NCBI GenBank assembly: GCA_902557385.1
Contig: CACDZF010000003.1
Coordinates: 2,751-66,750, forward strand
Direction: 5' to 3'
DNA: 64,000 bases
DNA from: an uncultured Pelagibacteraceae bacterium
GTDB taxonomy: Bacteria > Pseudomonadota > Alphaproteobacteria > Pelagibacterales > Pelagibacteraceae
Shown: one piece after another, positions 29,593 through 40,690 of the stretch
Layout: each line of letters opens with the position of its first letter
Position numbering within the stretch: position 1 is the first letter of the stretch
Program-made: the position numbers and the translations under genes
The notes under the pieces: model-generated
Seen by the model: only the letters and a program-made list of their open reading frames with translations
Told to the model about the DNA's origin: nothing
Databases searched by the model: none

Positions 29593-29633
29593 AATGATAA
29601 TGAGAATTATTCTCAATGATAATGATTATCAAT
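29593..29633. promoter_or_regulatory. Tandem Fur boxes
   Basis: GATAATGAGAATTATTCTC and GATAATGATTATCAATCGC resemble GATAATGATAATCATTATC, upstream of fbpA. Confidence 0.8.
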
Positions 29634-29653
29634 CGCATAGATTGACGCAGGTC

Positions 29654-30544
29654 CTAAAATTGCCACTCAGATATTTTGCTATAAAGAAAGTTCTTAAAAG
29701 TTTGAACTCTAGCTACATTTTTCATTGATTGTGGATAGACAAAATGTGCTTCAGTTACTGGACCTTCAGCTTTAGGAACTACTTTTATAAGGTTTCTAGA
29801 CTGAAATACTAAATAATCGGGAAGAGCAGCTAGACCTACTCCACTTTCAACTGCTAACAAAAGACCCATCACACTATTAACTTTCATAACTGGTTTTCTT
29901 TTTTTATTGTCTTTTGTGCCTATTTTAAGTGCCCAATCAGGGTTATAAACTGGAGATGGAGCCCCTTTTCCAAAAGATATAAATTTGTGGCTATTTAGAT
30001 CGTTTATTGTTTTTGGCATACCATTTTCCTCAAGGTACTTGCTTGATCCATAAATATGATAATTAATATCCATTAATTTTCTTTGTATATAATTAAGTTG
30101 TTTAGGCCTCCTCATGAAAATCCCTATATCTGCCTGTCTAGTACTTAAATCTAATTCTTTATCATCAAATATAAGTTCTATTTCAATTTCTGGATTTATT
30201 CTCATAAACTCTTGAATTCTTGGTGTTAACCAATGAGTTCCAAAGCTTCGAACGGTGGTAATAGTAAGTTTTCCTGAAGCTTTATTTTTTTGATCACCTA
30301 GTGAAGTTTCTACTTCTTTTAATTTAGAAATTACATCATGGGCAGTTTTATAGAGATATTCTCCATTTTCTGTAAGAGTAAGCCCTCTAGCGTGTCTTTC
30401 AAATAACTGAACTTTTAGATCTTCTTCTAAAGATTGAATTTGTCTACTTATTGCTGATTGACTTAAATTTAAATTAACTGTGGCACTTGTAAAACTCCCC
30501 GCTTCAGCAACAGCGTGAAAAATTTTTAACTTATCCCAGTCCAT
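29654..30544 (-). CDS. LysR-family regulator (VtlR/LsrB-like)
   Basis: MDWDKLKIFHAVAEAGSFT...SQSAISRQI HTH plus substrate-binding domain. Confidence 0.9.
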   Translation of the reverse strand: MDWDKLKIFHAVAEAGSFTSATVNLNLSQSAISRQIQSLEEDLKVQLFERHARGLTLTENGEYLYKTAHDVISKLKEVETSLGDQKNKASGKLTITTVRSFGTHWLTPRIQEFMRINPEIEIELIFDDKELDLSTRQADIGIFMRRPKQLNYIQRKLMDINYHIYGSSKYLEENGMPKTINDLNSHKFISFGKGAPSPVYNPDWALKIGTKDNKKRKPVMKVNSVMGLLLAVESGVGLAALPDYLVFQSRNLIKVVPKAEGPVTEAHFVYPQSMKNVARVQTFKNFLYSKISEWQF

Positions 30545-31548
30545 TATTTATTTAAGTTTACAATATATCTTCCTGAAGTTTTTCCTTCTAACATTTTTGG
30601 AAATATATTTAAAAGTTCTTCTAGATTTACTTCTTTAATTGATTTTTCTAATAAATCAAAATCTATTAATTTTGATGCTTCGTCCCATAAAAACTGTCTT
30701 CTTTTGGTTGAAGTATGAACAGAATCAATTCCCCAGAGTTTTACCCCTCTGATTATAAAAGGCATGACTGTTGTATTTAATTTTATGCCAGATGCATTTC
30801 CGACAGCTGCAACAATACCGTTTTGTTTAATATGTGATAAAACTTTTGACAACATGCTTCCCCCAACAGTATCAACTGCTCCATCCCATAATCCTTTATC
30901 CAAAGGTCTTGCCTCTTTGTCTAGATCGCTTGTTTTTGTTATGGTTTTTGCACCTATTTCTTTTAAGTACTCGTTGTTACTATCTTTACCAGTTACAGCA
31001 GTAACATTGCATCCAAGTTTATTCAAAATCATTACAGCAATACTTCCAACACCACCTGATGCACCAGTTACTACTACATCTTCAACTTTTTCACCAAGCA
31101 ACAACTCCTCTCTTGCTTGTTTTGTTGTGAACGCACAAGTAAGCGCTGTAATCCCAGCGGTTCCTAAAATCATCGCTTGTCTTAAAGAAATAGACTCTGG
31201 TTTTTTAACTAAAAAATCTCCATTGACTTTTGCTAATTGGGAGTAGCCACCAAAATAAATTTCACCAACTCTTCTTCCAGTTAAAATTATTTGATCACCT
31301 GTTTTAAAATTTTTATTTTCACTTTCAACAACTGTTCCTGAAAAATCAATACCAGGTATATGAGGAAATTCTTTTACTAATTTGGCTCCATTTTTTAAAA
31401 TGAGTGCATCTTTATAATTTAATCCTGAATACTCAACTTTAACTAAAACATCACCGTGTTTTAAAAAACTTTTATCTAAGGATTGTATTTCCCTTGTAAA
31501 GTCTTCACCATTTTGATTAACAACTAAGGCTTTGAATTTTTCCGACAT
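30544..31548 (-). CDS. acuI: Acryloyl-CoA reductase (YhdH/AcuI)
   Basis: LNYKDAL, PGIDFSG, GTAG, TGASGGVGS, PFIIRGV.L.GIDSV. Confidence 0.82.
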   Translation of the reverse strand: MSEKFKALVVNQNGEDFTREIQSLDKSFLKHGDVLVKVEYSGLNYKDALILKNGAKLVKEFPHIPGIDFSGTVVESENKNFKTGDQIILTGRRVGEIYFGGYSQLAKVNGDFLVKKPESISLRQAMILGTAGITALTCAFTTKQAREELLLGEKVEDVVVTGASGGVGSIAVMILNKLGCNVTAVTGKDSNNEYLKEIGAKTITKTSDLDKEARPLDKGLWDGAVDTVGGSMLSKVLSHIKQNGIVAAVGNASGIKLNTTVMPFIIRGVKLWGIDSVHTSTKRRQFLWDEASKLIDFDLLEKSIKEVNLEELLNIFPKMLEGKTSGRYIVNLNK

Positions 31549-31570
31549 TTTTTAAATATTATATAAGATA

Positions 31571-32179
31571 TTACTTACTAATAAATCTCAAATATCTATT
31601 TTGGTAACTTAAATCATCTTTAAAGCTACCTAGATAGTAATTTGTAACAGTAGTTGCCTGTTCTTTTTTAATACCTCTCATAGTCATACACTGATGTGTT
31701 GAATCTATAGAAACAGCAACACCTTTGGCGTCTAGTGCGCTCATTAATGTTTTTGCAATTTGCATTGTAAGTCTTTCCTGTGTTTGAAGTCTTTTTGAAA
31801 AAACTTCTACAACTCTAGCGAGTTTACTAAGTCCAACGACTCTTTTATTTGGTATATAAGCAACATGAGCAACCCCAATGATGGGTGCCATATGATGTTC
31901 ACAGTGACTTTGAACTGATATATTTTTTTGAATTACCATATCGTCATAACCATCAACGTCTCCAAAAGTTTTATTTAAAATTGTTTTTGGATCTTCGTTA
32001 TAACCTTTAAAATATTCTTTAAATGCCTTAACTACTCTTTTAGGTGTTTCGATTAATCCTTCTCTTGAAGGGTCTTCTCCCATCCATTCTAAAATTTTAA
32101 TAACAGCCTCTTCTGCTTCCTTGTCAGAAACATTGCTGTTTTTTGTAGATTTACTATGTATATCTTTAACTAATTTCAT
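31571..32179 (-). CDS. folE: GTP cyclohydrolase I
   Basis: REGLIETPKR, SHCEHH, GLSKLAR, QERLT, HQCMTMRG. Confidence 0.96.
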   Translation of the reverse strand: MKLVKDIHSKSTKNSNVSDKEAEEAVIKILEWMGEDPSREGLIETPKRVVKAFKEYFKGYNEDPKTILNKTFGDVDGYDDMVIQKNISVQSHCEHHMAPIIGVAHVAYIPNKRVVGLSKLARVVEVFSKRLQTQERLTMQIAKTLMSALDAKGVAVSIDSTHQCMTMRGIKKEQATTVTNYYLGSFKDDLSYQNRYLRFISK

Positions 32180-32258
32180 GAGAGCCGTTTATACATATTA
32201 TTTCATAATTTTAAAATATTTAATATAATCTCTGATATGCTACATAATTACCTATCTT

Positions 32259-32726
32259 ATGTTTAAAAAGAGAGAAAACATTGCTGAAATTGAGGAAGGA
32301 AAGCTTCTATCGCCAAAATTTGATAATGATGGATTAATTCCAGTTGTGACAGTTTGTGCCAATACAAAAGAAGTACTAATGCACGGTTATATGAATGTGG
32401 AGGCTTTAAAAAAAACAATTGAAACTAAAGAAGCTCACTACTGGAGCAGATCTAGGAAACAAATTTGGCATAAAGGAAAGCACAGTGGCTTTATTCAAAA
32501 AGTTATTGAATTAAGAATTGATGACGATCAGGATGCAGTTTGGTTAACTGTTGATATTGGAAATGGTTCAAGTTGTCATGTTGGATATAGATCATGTTTT
32601 TATAGATCTGTACCACTTGGAAAAATTGATAATGCCAGAGAAATCGAAATGAAGTTCGAAGAAAAAGAAAAATCTTTTGATCCTGATGAGGTTTATAAAA
32701 ATCAACCAAACCCTACAAAAATTTAA
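32259..32726 (+). CDS. hisI: Phosphoribosyl-AMP cyclohydrolase
   Basis: YWSRSR..IWHKG, DDDQDA, CHVGYRSCF. Confidence 0.93.
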   Translation: MFKKRENIAEIEEGKLLSPKFDNDGLIPVVTVCANTKEVLMHGYMNVEALKKTIETKEAHYWSRSRKQIWHKGKHSGFIQKVIELRIDDDQDAVWLTVDIGNGSSCHVGYRSCFYRSVPLGKIDNAREIEMKFEEKEKSFDPDEVYKNQPNPTKI

Positions 32727-33374
32727 ATGGATCTTACAAACGAAATGCACGTAACAAAACCTTTTGGACCAACAATAGGTAAAATTCAAGTAATTCCTCA
32801 ATTTGTTAATGATCTAAATGATTATAGTAATGAAGTCATTAAAGACAAAGATAAAGCTAAAAATTTAGATGCTGGTAAAACATTAGTAGGAGCTGTGACA
32901 CAAGAAATTTCTTTAGAAAAAGAATTTTTTAGCTCAAAGATAAGTCCTTATCTTAGTAATATGATTGCTGCCTACATGTTTAAATCTAGACCAGACCTTA
33001 ATATTTCATCAATTGATGAGTTCAAAAAAAAATTACTGATAAACTTTAGACAAGCATGGATAGTAAGACAATTTGAAAATGAGTATAACCCCCTGCACTT
33101 TCATACTGGAAATATTTCTGGTGTTTGTTACACAATGTTACCAAAAGATTTTGGCAAATCTCCACAAAATAAAGATGGTATAAATTATAATGGACAAATA
33201 GAATTGGCTCATGGAGTAAATGTGTTTAATTGTCAAGCACTTGAACTTATAAAACCAGAAGTTGGAAAATTTATTTTATTTCCAAATTACATGCTACATA
33301 CAGTTTATCCTTTTTATGGACCTGGAGAAAGAAGATCTTTTTCTTTTAATGCTGACATAGCTATTAAAAAATAA
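32727..33374 (+). CDS. Putative 2OG-Fe(II) oxygenase (TIGR02466-like)
   Basis: YNPLHFH..ISGVCY, FPNY..HTVYP, RRSFSFN. Confidence 0.75.
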   Translation: MDLTNEMHVTKPFGPTIGKIQVIPQFVNDLNDYSNEVIKDKDKAKNLDAGKTLVGAVTQEISLEKEFFSSKISPYLSNMIAAYMFKSRPDLNISSIDEFKKKLLINFRQAWIVRQFENEYNPLHFHTGNISGVCYTMLPKDFGKSPQNKDGINYNGQIELAHGVNVFNCQALELIKPEVGKFILFPNYMLHTVYPFYGPGERRSFSFNADIAIKK

Positions 33375-33749
33375 ATGAGTGATAAACAAAAAAATGTTTT
33401 GGGTGGAGATCTTGAAGAATGTTCTTTAGACCCATTGACAGGTTGGTTTAGAGATGGCTGCTGTAATACAGACGAAAATGATCACGGACTTCATACTGTA
33501 TGTGTAAAAGTAAATAATGAATTTCTTAATTGGTGTAAAGAAGCTGGCAATGATTTAATTACACCACATCCTGAATTTGGTTTCCCTGGATTAAAAGATG
33601 GTGATAAATGGTGTGTCTGTGCTTCTTGGGTTGCTAGAGCTATAGAAGCTGGCAAGGGATGTTCTATCTATTTAAAAAGGACACATGAAAATACTCTCAA
33701 ACTTGTTCCAATTGAAAAATTAAAAAAATTTGCAATAGATCTTTCTTAA
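33375..33749 (+). CDS. DUF2237-family protein
   Basis: NVLG..L..CS.DP.TG.FRDG.C, GNDL.TP, FPGL..GD.WC.CA. Confidence 0.9.
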   Translation: MSDKQKNVLGGDLEECSLDPLTGWFRDGCCNTDENDHGLHTVCVKVNNEFLNWCKEAGNDLITPHPEFGFPGLKDGDKWCVCASWVARAIEAGKGCSIYLKRTHENTLKLVPIEKLKKFAIDLS

Positions 33750-35372
33750 TTACATATTTCCATACTTTGGTCCACCACCACCTTCGGGAGTTACCCATGT
33801 GATATTTTGAGAAGGTTCTTTAATATCACAAGTTTTACAGTGGATACAATTTTGGGAATTTATTACAAATTTTTTTACGTTATTTTCATTTTGAACCTCA
33901 TAAACACCAACGGGGCAATATCTTTGGGCTGGCTCATCAAACTTACCAAGCGTAAAACTTATTGGTAAATCTGGGTTTTTTAACTTCAGATGGACTGGCT
34001 GGTTATCAGCATGATTGGTTCCAGTTAGATAAACTGAGCTTGTTTTGTCAAAAGTTATAACGTTATCGGGTTTTGGATAATCTATCTTAGGCATTTCCTT
34101 TGCGGGCTTTAAAGTTTCATGATCTGCATGTTTATGTTTTAAAGTGAAAGGTAATTTTCCTCTAAATAGTATTTGATCTATACCAGTAAAAATTATACCT
34201 AAAATTAAACCCCAACTGAAACTTGGTTTAACATTTCTTGCAGCATGCAATTCTTGATATACCCAGCTTTTATTAAATTTTTCTTCATAAATTGATAAAT
34301 CTTTTTGTTGAGATATATGCTCAAATATTGTTTCTGCTGCAATCATTCCACTTTTCATTGCGGTATGTGAGCCTTTAATTTTTGGCATATTTAATGTACC
34401 TGCATCACACCCTACTAATAATGCACCAGGCATAAACATTCTTGGTAGGCTTTGTAATCCACCTTCTATTAACGCACGTGCTCCATAAGAAATTCTTTTT
34501 CCGCCCTCAATTATTTTTTTTATTGCAGGATGAGTTTTAAATCTCTGAAACTCATCAAAAGGAGAAAGGTATGGATTTTGATAATCTAAACCAATCACAT
34601 AACCTAAAAAAATTTGTTTATTTTCAGCATGGTAAATAAAACTTCCTCCATAAGTTTTATTATCTAATGGCCATCCAGCTGTGTGCATTACTAATCCTTC
34701 CTCATGATTTTTTTCGCTTACTTCCCAAATTTCCTTAAAGCCAATTCCATATTGTTGCGGATTTTTTCCTTTATCTAATTCGAATTTTTTAATTAAATGT
34801 TTTCCTAAATGGCCTCTACATCCTTCTGCAAAGACTGTAACTTTTGCGTGAAGCTCCATACCAGATTCAAAACTATCTTTTTTTTTTCCTTCCTTATCTA
34901 AACCCATGTCTTGGGTAGCAATTCCTTTAACAGATCCATCATCATTGTATAAAATTTCACTTGCTGGAAATCCTGGGAATATTTCTACTCCTAACGCCTC
35001 TGCTTGTTCGGCTAGCCATCTACATAAATTAGCAAGACTTATAATATAATTATTTTTGTTATGTTGAACTTTAGGCAATAACCAAGTTGGCCAACTTAAT
35101 GATTTTTTTTTACCTAAAAATAAAAATTTTTCTTTAGAAACTTTAGTTTTAATCGGACTGTTTAGTTCTTTCCAATTAGGTAGTAATTCATCCAATGCTC
35201 TTGTTTCAAAAACATTTCCTGACAAAATATGCGCTCCAATTTCAGATGCCTTTTCTAACAAACAAACATTTAAATCTGATTTTAATTGCTTAAGTTTTAT
35301 AGCAGTTGATAATCCAGATGGTCCTCCACCCACAATTACAACATCATATTCCATTACTTCCCTATTGGACAT
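33750..35372 (-). CDS. ETF-ubiquinone oxidoreductase
   Basis: GGGPSG, GAHILSG, KGSHTAM, YCP...NCIHCKTCDIK. Confidence 0.96.
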   Translation of the reverse strand: MSNREVMEYDVVIVGGGPSGLSTAIKLKQLKSDLNVCLLEKASEIGAHILSGNVFETRALDELLPNWKELNSPIKTKVSKEKFLFLGKKKSLSWPTWLLPKVQHNKNNYIISLANLCRWLAEQAEALGVEIFPGFPASEILYNDDGSVKGIATQDMGLDKEGKKKDSFESGMELHAKVTVFAEGCRGHLGKHLIKKFELDKGKNPQQYGIGFKEIWEVSEKNHEEGLVMHTAGWPLDNKTYGGSFIYHAENKQIFLGYVIGLDYQNPYLSPFDEFQRFKTHPAIKKIIEGGKRISYGARALIEGGLQSLPRMFMPGALLVGCDAGTLNMPKIKGSHTAMKSGMIAAETIFEHISQQKDLSIYEEKFNKSWVYQELHAARNVKPSFSWGLILGIIFTGIDQILFRGKLPFTLKHKHADHETLKPAKEMPKIDYPKPDNVITFDKTSSVYLTGTNHADNQPVHLKLKNPDLPISFTLGKFDEPAQRYCPVGVYEVQNENNVKKFVINSQNCIHCKTCDIKEPSQNITWVTPEGGGGPKYGNM

Positions 35373-35396
35373 AATGTTAATTTTTTACAATATTTG

Positions 35397-36350
35397 TTAT
35401 TTTTGTATAGTGTTTAATTTGTTCAACTCTTCAAGAAATTGTGGAAGAGCTTCAAAAAGATCAGCTTCTAAACCATAATCTGCGACACTAAAAATCGGAG
35501 CTTCGCCATCTTTATTGATTGCAACAATAACTTTGCTTTCTTTCATGCCTGCTAAGTGTTGAATCGCACCTGATATTCCTACAGCGATGTATAAATCAGG
35601 TACAACTACTTTACCAGTTTGGCCAACTTGATGGTCATTGGTAATATATCCAGCATCAACTGCTGCTCTAGAAGCACCGATTGCAGCGTTTAATTTATCC
35701 GCGATAGCAGTAATTAATTTAAAATTATCACCACTTTGCATTCCCCTGCCTCCTGATATTACTACCCTTGCAGTGCCTAGTTCTGGTCTATCTGATTTAA
35801 CTTCTTCTCTTTTAATAAACTTAGTAAGTGATGTAGCTTCACTTGGCTCTACTTTTACAATTTCAGCTGAACCTCCTGAAGTAGCTGCTGGATCAAAAGA
35901 GGTTGGTCTTATTGTGACACATTTTTTTTGATCGGTACTTTTAACAGTTGCAAATGCATTACCAGCATAAATCGGTCGTAAAAAAGTGTCTGTTGAAATT
36001 ACTTTAATAATATCACTAACCTGGGACGTATCTAGTAAAGCTGCTACTCTGGGCATTAAGTTTTTACCAAATGTATTTGCAGAACAAACAATATGAGAAT
36101 AATTTTCAGCTTGCTTAATAATCACTGGTGTAAAATTTTCAGGTAAAAAATTTTCATAAATTTCATTATCTATATGTATAACTTTTTTAACATTAGGTAC
36201 TTGTGAAATTGATTTAGATACCTCATCTGCTTTATTCCCTATTACCAATACATGTAGATCTTGATCGATCTGAGATGCTGCAGTGATAGCGTTAAAAGTA
36301 AAAGGTTTAACTTCTTTATTATTGTGTTCTGCAATTAATAATACTGACAT
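35397..36350 (-). CDS. etfA: Electron transfer flavoprotein alpha
   Basis: RPIYAGNA, GASRAAVD, QVGQTG, GISGAIQH. Confidence 0.96.
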   Translation of the reverse strand: MSVLLIAEHNNKEVKPFTFNAITAASQIDQDLHVLVIGNKADEVSKSISQVPNVKKVIHIDNEIYENFLPENFTPVIIKQAENYSHIVCSANTFGKNLMPRVAALLDTSQVSDIIKVISTDTFLRPIYAGNAFATVKSTDQKKCVTIRPTSFDPAATSGGSAEIVKVEPSEATSLTKFIKREEVKSDRPELGTARVVISGGRGMQSGDNFKLITAIADKLNAAIGASRAAVDAGYITNDHQVGQTGKVVVPDLYIAVGISGAIQHLAGMKESKVIVAINKDGEAPIFSVADYGLEADLFEALPQFLEELNKLNTIQK

Positions 36351-37099
36351 TATATTACTTTAGCCTCATTTTTTAGTTTTTGTACTAATTCTTCTACATT
36401 AGCAACTTTAATTCCAGCTTTTCTTTTTGGAGGCTCTTCAACTTTGATTTGTTCAATTCTTTGCTTAGTATCAACACCTAAGTCAGATGCATTAATTTGT
36501 TCGATAGGTTTTTTCTTTGCTTTCATTATATTTGGCAGAGATGCATATCTCGGTTCATTTAATCTTAAATCGCAAGTAACTATCGCTGGAATATTTACTT
36601 CAATAGTTTCCAATCCCTCGTCTACCTCTCTTGTAACTTCTAAACTTTTATCTTTTACTTCAATTTTAGATGCAAATGTAGCTTGTGGCCAATTTAATAA
36701 AGCTGCAAGCATTTGACCCGTTTGGTTACAGTCATCATCTATAGCTTGTTTACCCATAAAAATTAAATCTGGTTTTTCTTTGTCTACAATTTTTTGTAAA
36801 ATTTTAGAAACAGCCAATGGTTCAATTATTCCATCAACTTTAACATGAATTCCTTTATCACAACCAACTGCTAATGCTTTTCTTACAGTTTCTTGAGCTT
36901 TATCATCACCAACTGTAACAGCAACTATTTCTGTAGCTTTTCCTGACTCTTTGATTTTTACAGCTTCTTCAACTGCATTATCATCAGGAGGATTTGTTGA
37001 CATTTTAACATTTTCAGTAACTACACCTGTGCCGTCTTCTTTAACTCTGACTTGTACGTTGTAATCAATAACTCTTTTAACTGCGACTAATATTTTCAT
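36350..37099 (-). CDS. etfB: Electron transfer flavoprotein beta
   Basis: [30 protein letters not shown]. Confidence 0.96.
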   Translation of the reverse strand: MKILVAVKRVIDYNVQVRVKEDGTGVVTENVKMSTNPPDDNAVEEAVKIKESGKATEIVAVTVGDDKAQETVRKALAVGCDKGIHVKVDGIIEPLAVSKILQKIVDKEKPDLIFMGKQAIDDDCNQTGQMLAALLNWPQATFASKIEVKDKSLEVTREVDEGLETIEVNIPAIVTCDLRLNEPRYASLPNIMKAKKKPIEQINASDLGVDTKQRIEQIKVEEPPKRKAGIKVANVEELVQKLKNEAKVI

Positions 37100-39531
37100 T
37101 ATGCTCTTAACAATTTATTTTCTGAATCATAAGGACTTTCGTCCAAAATTGTAGCGTCGTGCATTTTACCTAAAATATCAATTTTTAATTTTTGACCAGT
37201 TGTCGCAATCTCTGGCTTAACCATTCCTAATGCAATTGACTTATTTAGTCTAAAACCAAAGTCGCCTCCGGTAGCTCTTCCAACGACTTTTCCATTTTCA
37301 TAAATAGGATTGTTTCCTAGGACATCTGCATCAGTCACATTATGCACTTCCATAGTAACCAATTTATTATTAAAACCTTTTTCACGCCATTTGTTTAAAG
37401 CTTCTAAACCAATAAACTTTCCTTTATTTGGATGAATAAATCTATCTAGACCAGACTCATATGGAGAATATTCGATAGAAAGCTCTGTACCTACTAATTT
37501 ATATGACTTTTCTACCCTTAAACTATTCATTGCTCTAATACCGTAAGGTTTAAGTCCTAAATCTTTACCGGCTTCCATAAGTTTATCAAAAATATGATTT
37601 TGATATTCAATCGGGTGATGAAGTTCCCAACCAAGTTCGCCCACAAAATTGACCCTCATTGCAGTCACAGGAGCATGTCCTATGTCGACACTTTTTGAGC
37701 TTAGCCATTTAAAATTTTCATTTGAAAAATCATCTTTAGAAACTCTTGTTATTAATTCTCTAGCTTTCGGCCCTGAGATTACTAATACGCCCATACTATT
37801 TGTAAGATTTTCAAACTGGACACTTCCATCTTTTGGCATCCATTTTTGAATCCAATCATGATCCAGTCTTTGAAATGCGCCAGCAGAAACAAGATAAAAA
37901 CTATCTTCAGCTTCTTTCATAATTGTAAATTCTGAGTGAACACCACCTTTTGTATTAAGTGCATGGCACAGATTAATTCTTCCTATTTTTTTCGGTAATT
38001 TATTTGCGACTAAATAATCCAAAAATTCTTCAGCTTTTGGACCTTTAATTCTACATTTAGCGAATGCAGACATATCTAATAAACCTACATTTTCTTTTAC
38101 ATTTTTACATTCTTTTTGAACTGCCTCAAACCATTTTGATCTTCTAAAAGACCAGTCATCTTTTTGTTCCATTCCGTCTGTTGCAAAAAAATTAGGTCTT
38201 TCCCATCCAAATTTTTGACCAAACACAGCACCTAATTTTTTCATTCTATCATAACAAGGAGCTTGTCTTAAAGGTCTTGCTGCTTCCCTTTCTTCGTCAG
38301 GATAATGAATAATAAATACATTTCTGTAAGCCTCTTCATTTTTTTCTTTAAGGTATGATTTAGAACAATAGTCGCCGTATCTTCTCGGCTCAACACCAAG
38401 CATATCGACTGTAGGTTCTCCATCAATAATCCATTCAGCTAGCTGCCAACCTGCTCCACCTGCTGCAGTTATACCAAAACTGTGTCCTTCATTTATCCAA
38501 AAATTTTTCAAACCCCAAGCAGGTCCAACTATTGGATTGCCATCTGGTGTATAACATATTGCTCCATTATAAACTTTTTTAACTCCAACTTCTCCAAAAG
38601 CAGGAACACGGTGAATAGCTCCTTCGATGTGTGGTGCTAATCTTTCTAAATCTTCTTGAAACAATTCGTACTCTGAATCTTTTGTTGGTCCGTCAACATA
38701 ACAGCATGGTGCACCGTCTTCGTAGGGTCCTAATATTAATCCACCCGCTTCTTCTCTCATGTACCATCTGCTATCACTATCTCTTAGTACACCCATTTCA
38801 GGTAAACCATCTTTTTTTCTTTTTTGAATTTCTGGATGTGGTTCAGTTACAATGTACTGATGTTCAACAGGTATTACTGGTATATCGAGCCCAACCATTT
38901 TTCCAGTTTGTCTTGCAAAATTTCCAGAACAAGAAACTACATGTTCGCACTCTATTGCACCTTTGTCAGTTTCGACTATCCATCCATCTTTATTTCGTTT
39001 AATTCCTACAACTGTTGTATTTCTATAAATTTCAGCTCCTCTATTTCTTGCACCAGTAGCTAATGCTTGTGTTAAATCCGCTGGTTGGATGTATCCATCT
39101 TCTGGATGTTGAATTGCACCAATTAAATCAGTTGTATTACATAATGGCCAAATTTCTTTAACTTGATCGGGAGTTAAAAATTTATATTTTACGCCAATAG
39201 TTTGTGCAACACCTGCATATTGATGGTACTCATCCATTCTATCTTTTGTACTTGCTAATCTAATATTTGAAACAACGCTGAAGCCAACATTTTTACCGGT
39301 TTCCTCTTCTAATGTTTTGTAAAAATCTACAGCATATTTATGTAACTGACCAACTGAATAACTCATGTTAAATAACGGAAGCAGTCCAGCTGCATGCCAA
39401 GTTGATCCCGAGGTTAATTCTTTTCTTTCAACCAAAACTACATCTGACCAACCCTTTTTAGCTAGGTGATAAAGCATGCTTACGCCAACAACTCCACCAC
39501 CAACAACAACTACTTTTGCTTTAGATTTCAT
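37099..39531 (-). CDS. Dimethylglycine/sarcosine dehydrogenase-like FAD + GcvT-domain protein
   Basis: [18 protein letters not shown]-terminal folate-binding domain ([14 protein letters not shown]); coupled to etfBA. Confidence 0.9.
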   Translation of the reverse strand: MKSKAKVVVVGGGVVGVSMLYHLAKKGWSDVVLVERKELTSGSTWHAAGLLPLFNMSYSVGQLHKYAVDFYKTLEEETGKNVGFSVVSNIRLASTKDRMDEYHQYAGVAQTIGVKYKFLTPDQVKEIWPLCNTTDLIGAIQHPEDGYIQPADLTQALATGARNRGAEIYRNTTVVGIKRNKDGWIVETDKGAIECEHVVSCSGNFARQTGKMVGLDIPVIPVEHQYIVTEPHPEIQKRKKDGLPEMGVLRDSDSRWYMREEAGGLILGPYEDGAPCCYVDGPTKDSEYELFQEDLERLAPHIEGAIHRVPAFGEVGVKKVYNGAICYTPDGNPIVGPAWGLKNFWINEGHSFGITAAGGAGWQLAEWIIDGEPTVDMLGVEPRRYGDYCSKSYLKEKNEEAYRNVFIIHYPDEEREAARPLRQAPCYDRMKKLGAVFGQKFGWERPNFFATDGMEQKDDWSFRRSKWFEAVQKECKNVKENVGLLDMSAFAKCRIKGPKAEEFLDYLVANKLPKKIGRINLCHALNTKGGVHSEFTIMKEAEDSFYLVSAGAFQRLDHDWIQKWMPKDGSVQFENLTNSMGVLVISGPKARELITRVSKDDFSNENFKWLSSKSVDIGHAPVTAMRVNFVGELGWELHHPIEYQNHIFDKLMEAGKDLGLKPYGIRAMNSLRVEKSYKLVGTELSIEYSPYESGLDRFIHPNKGKFIGLEALNKWREKGFNNKLVTMEVHNVTDADVLGNNPIYENGKVVGRATGGDFGFRLNKSIALGMVKPEIATTGQKLKIDILGKMHDATILDESPYDSENKLLRA

Positions 39532-39584
39532 GAAGAAGATTCCTACTAGATTTTATAAATAATTAAACATTAATTTTGTGTTTA

Positions 39585-40049
39585 TTAAATAGAAGACCCT
39601 AAAGGTATTGGTTGTGAAACCATTGTTGTTAGCCAACAATTTTTAAGATTGCCATCTAATTGATATTTTTCTACCCTCCAATTAAATTTATAATACTTTT
39701 TTTCAACATCCAATACGGTAACTTCATAATCTGCAAATCCATTGCCAACTTGTACAGCGACTATTTTATGATCTAAATGGTTTAAAAGCATCTTATAAGA
39801 TTCACCTTTTAGCATAATTTTAAATTTTTCTAATGGTCCGGTATATTTTTGATTATTCGGATGTGCAAATTCCCATGTTTGCTCAATACCGCTATCTTTA
39901 TTAGGATAATTATTTTTCATTAAGCTGCTTAATTGAATTTTTACTACCTTATAAGGTTCAATATTGCTACTTGGTTTTATCAACTCAGCATTAGCTTTGG
40001 TAAAAATAAAAATTGATAAAATTATAATAATAAATAAATTTTTTTTCAT
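39585..40049 (-). CDS. Secreted hypothetical protein (DUF4864-like)
   Basis: Signal peptide; VV..QL.SL..N, W.FAHP.N, CW.T..V. Confidence 0.6.
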   Translation of the reverse strand: MKKNLFIIIILSIFIFTKANAELIKPSSNIEPYKVVKIQLSSLMKNNYPNKDSGIEQTWEFAHPNNQKYTGPLEKFKIMLKGESYKMLLNHLDHKIVAVQVGNGFADYEVTVLDVEKKYYKFNWRVEKYQLDGNLKNCWLTTMVSQPIPLGSSI

Positions 40050-40690
40050 AAACGTAAAAAGCTATTTTTTGTAGCCATTATATATTTTTTTTCATTATTT
40101 TCTTGAAACAAAATGTCCTGCGTTACTTCAGATAAATTCCAATGACCTTTATCAATTTCACCCTCGAGCTGTCCCTCTGTCCAGGCTGATACTCCTATAA
40201 TTACCAAACTTTGACTTGGACCTTTGTTTTTAGCAATATCTAATAAAGCTTTATAATTATTTGAAATGGAAATTTTATCATAATTTTTAGTATTTTTATT
40301 TTTATAATCTTTAGAGTGAATAATTAAAATTTTATTATTATCTAAAGGTCCGCCCCAGTAAATTGGCACTTTGTAATCTAATAAATTTTTTTCTATAGAT
40401 TCATCATTCAAACCTTTTATCAATGATCTGATAGATGCAGTTCCTAAAGGCTTGTTTATAACTATTCCCAAGGCTCCCTTTTCATCGTGATCAAGCATTG
40501 CCACTACTGTATTTTTAAATCTGGTATCTTTAAGTTTTTTTGTAGCTACAATTAGAAAGTTTTTTGTAGTTTCGTGGTACTTTCCTTTCAAATAGTTCTC
40601 TGGAAATTGATAATATTTTGGTAGATCTATTGATTGTGCAATATTATTAAAGTTTGTAATTAATATTAAAATTAATAAAAAATTTTTCAT
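40046..40690 (-). CDS. YqgE/AlgH-family protein with signal-like N-terminus
   Basis: GALGIVINKP, GGP, W..GQLE.EI..G.W. Confidence 0.85.
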   Translation of the reverse strand: MKNFLLILILITNFNNIAQSIDLPKYYQFPENYLKGKYHETTKNFLIVATKKLKDTRFKNTVVAMLDHDEKGALGIVINKPLGTASIRSLIKGLNDESIEKNLLDYKVPIYWGGPLDNNKILIIHSKDYKNKNTKNYDKISISNNYKALLDIAKNKGPSQSLVIIGVSAWTEGQLEGEIDKGHWNLSEVTQDILFQENNEKKYIMATKNSFLRL

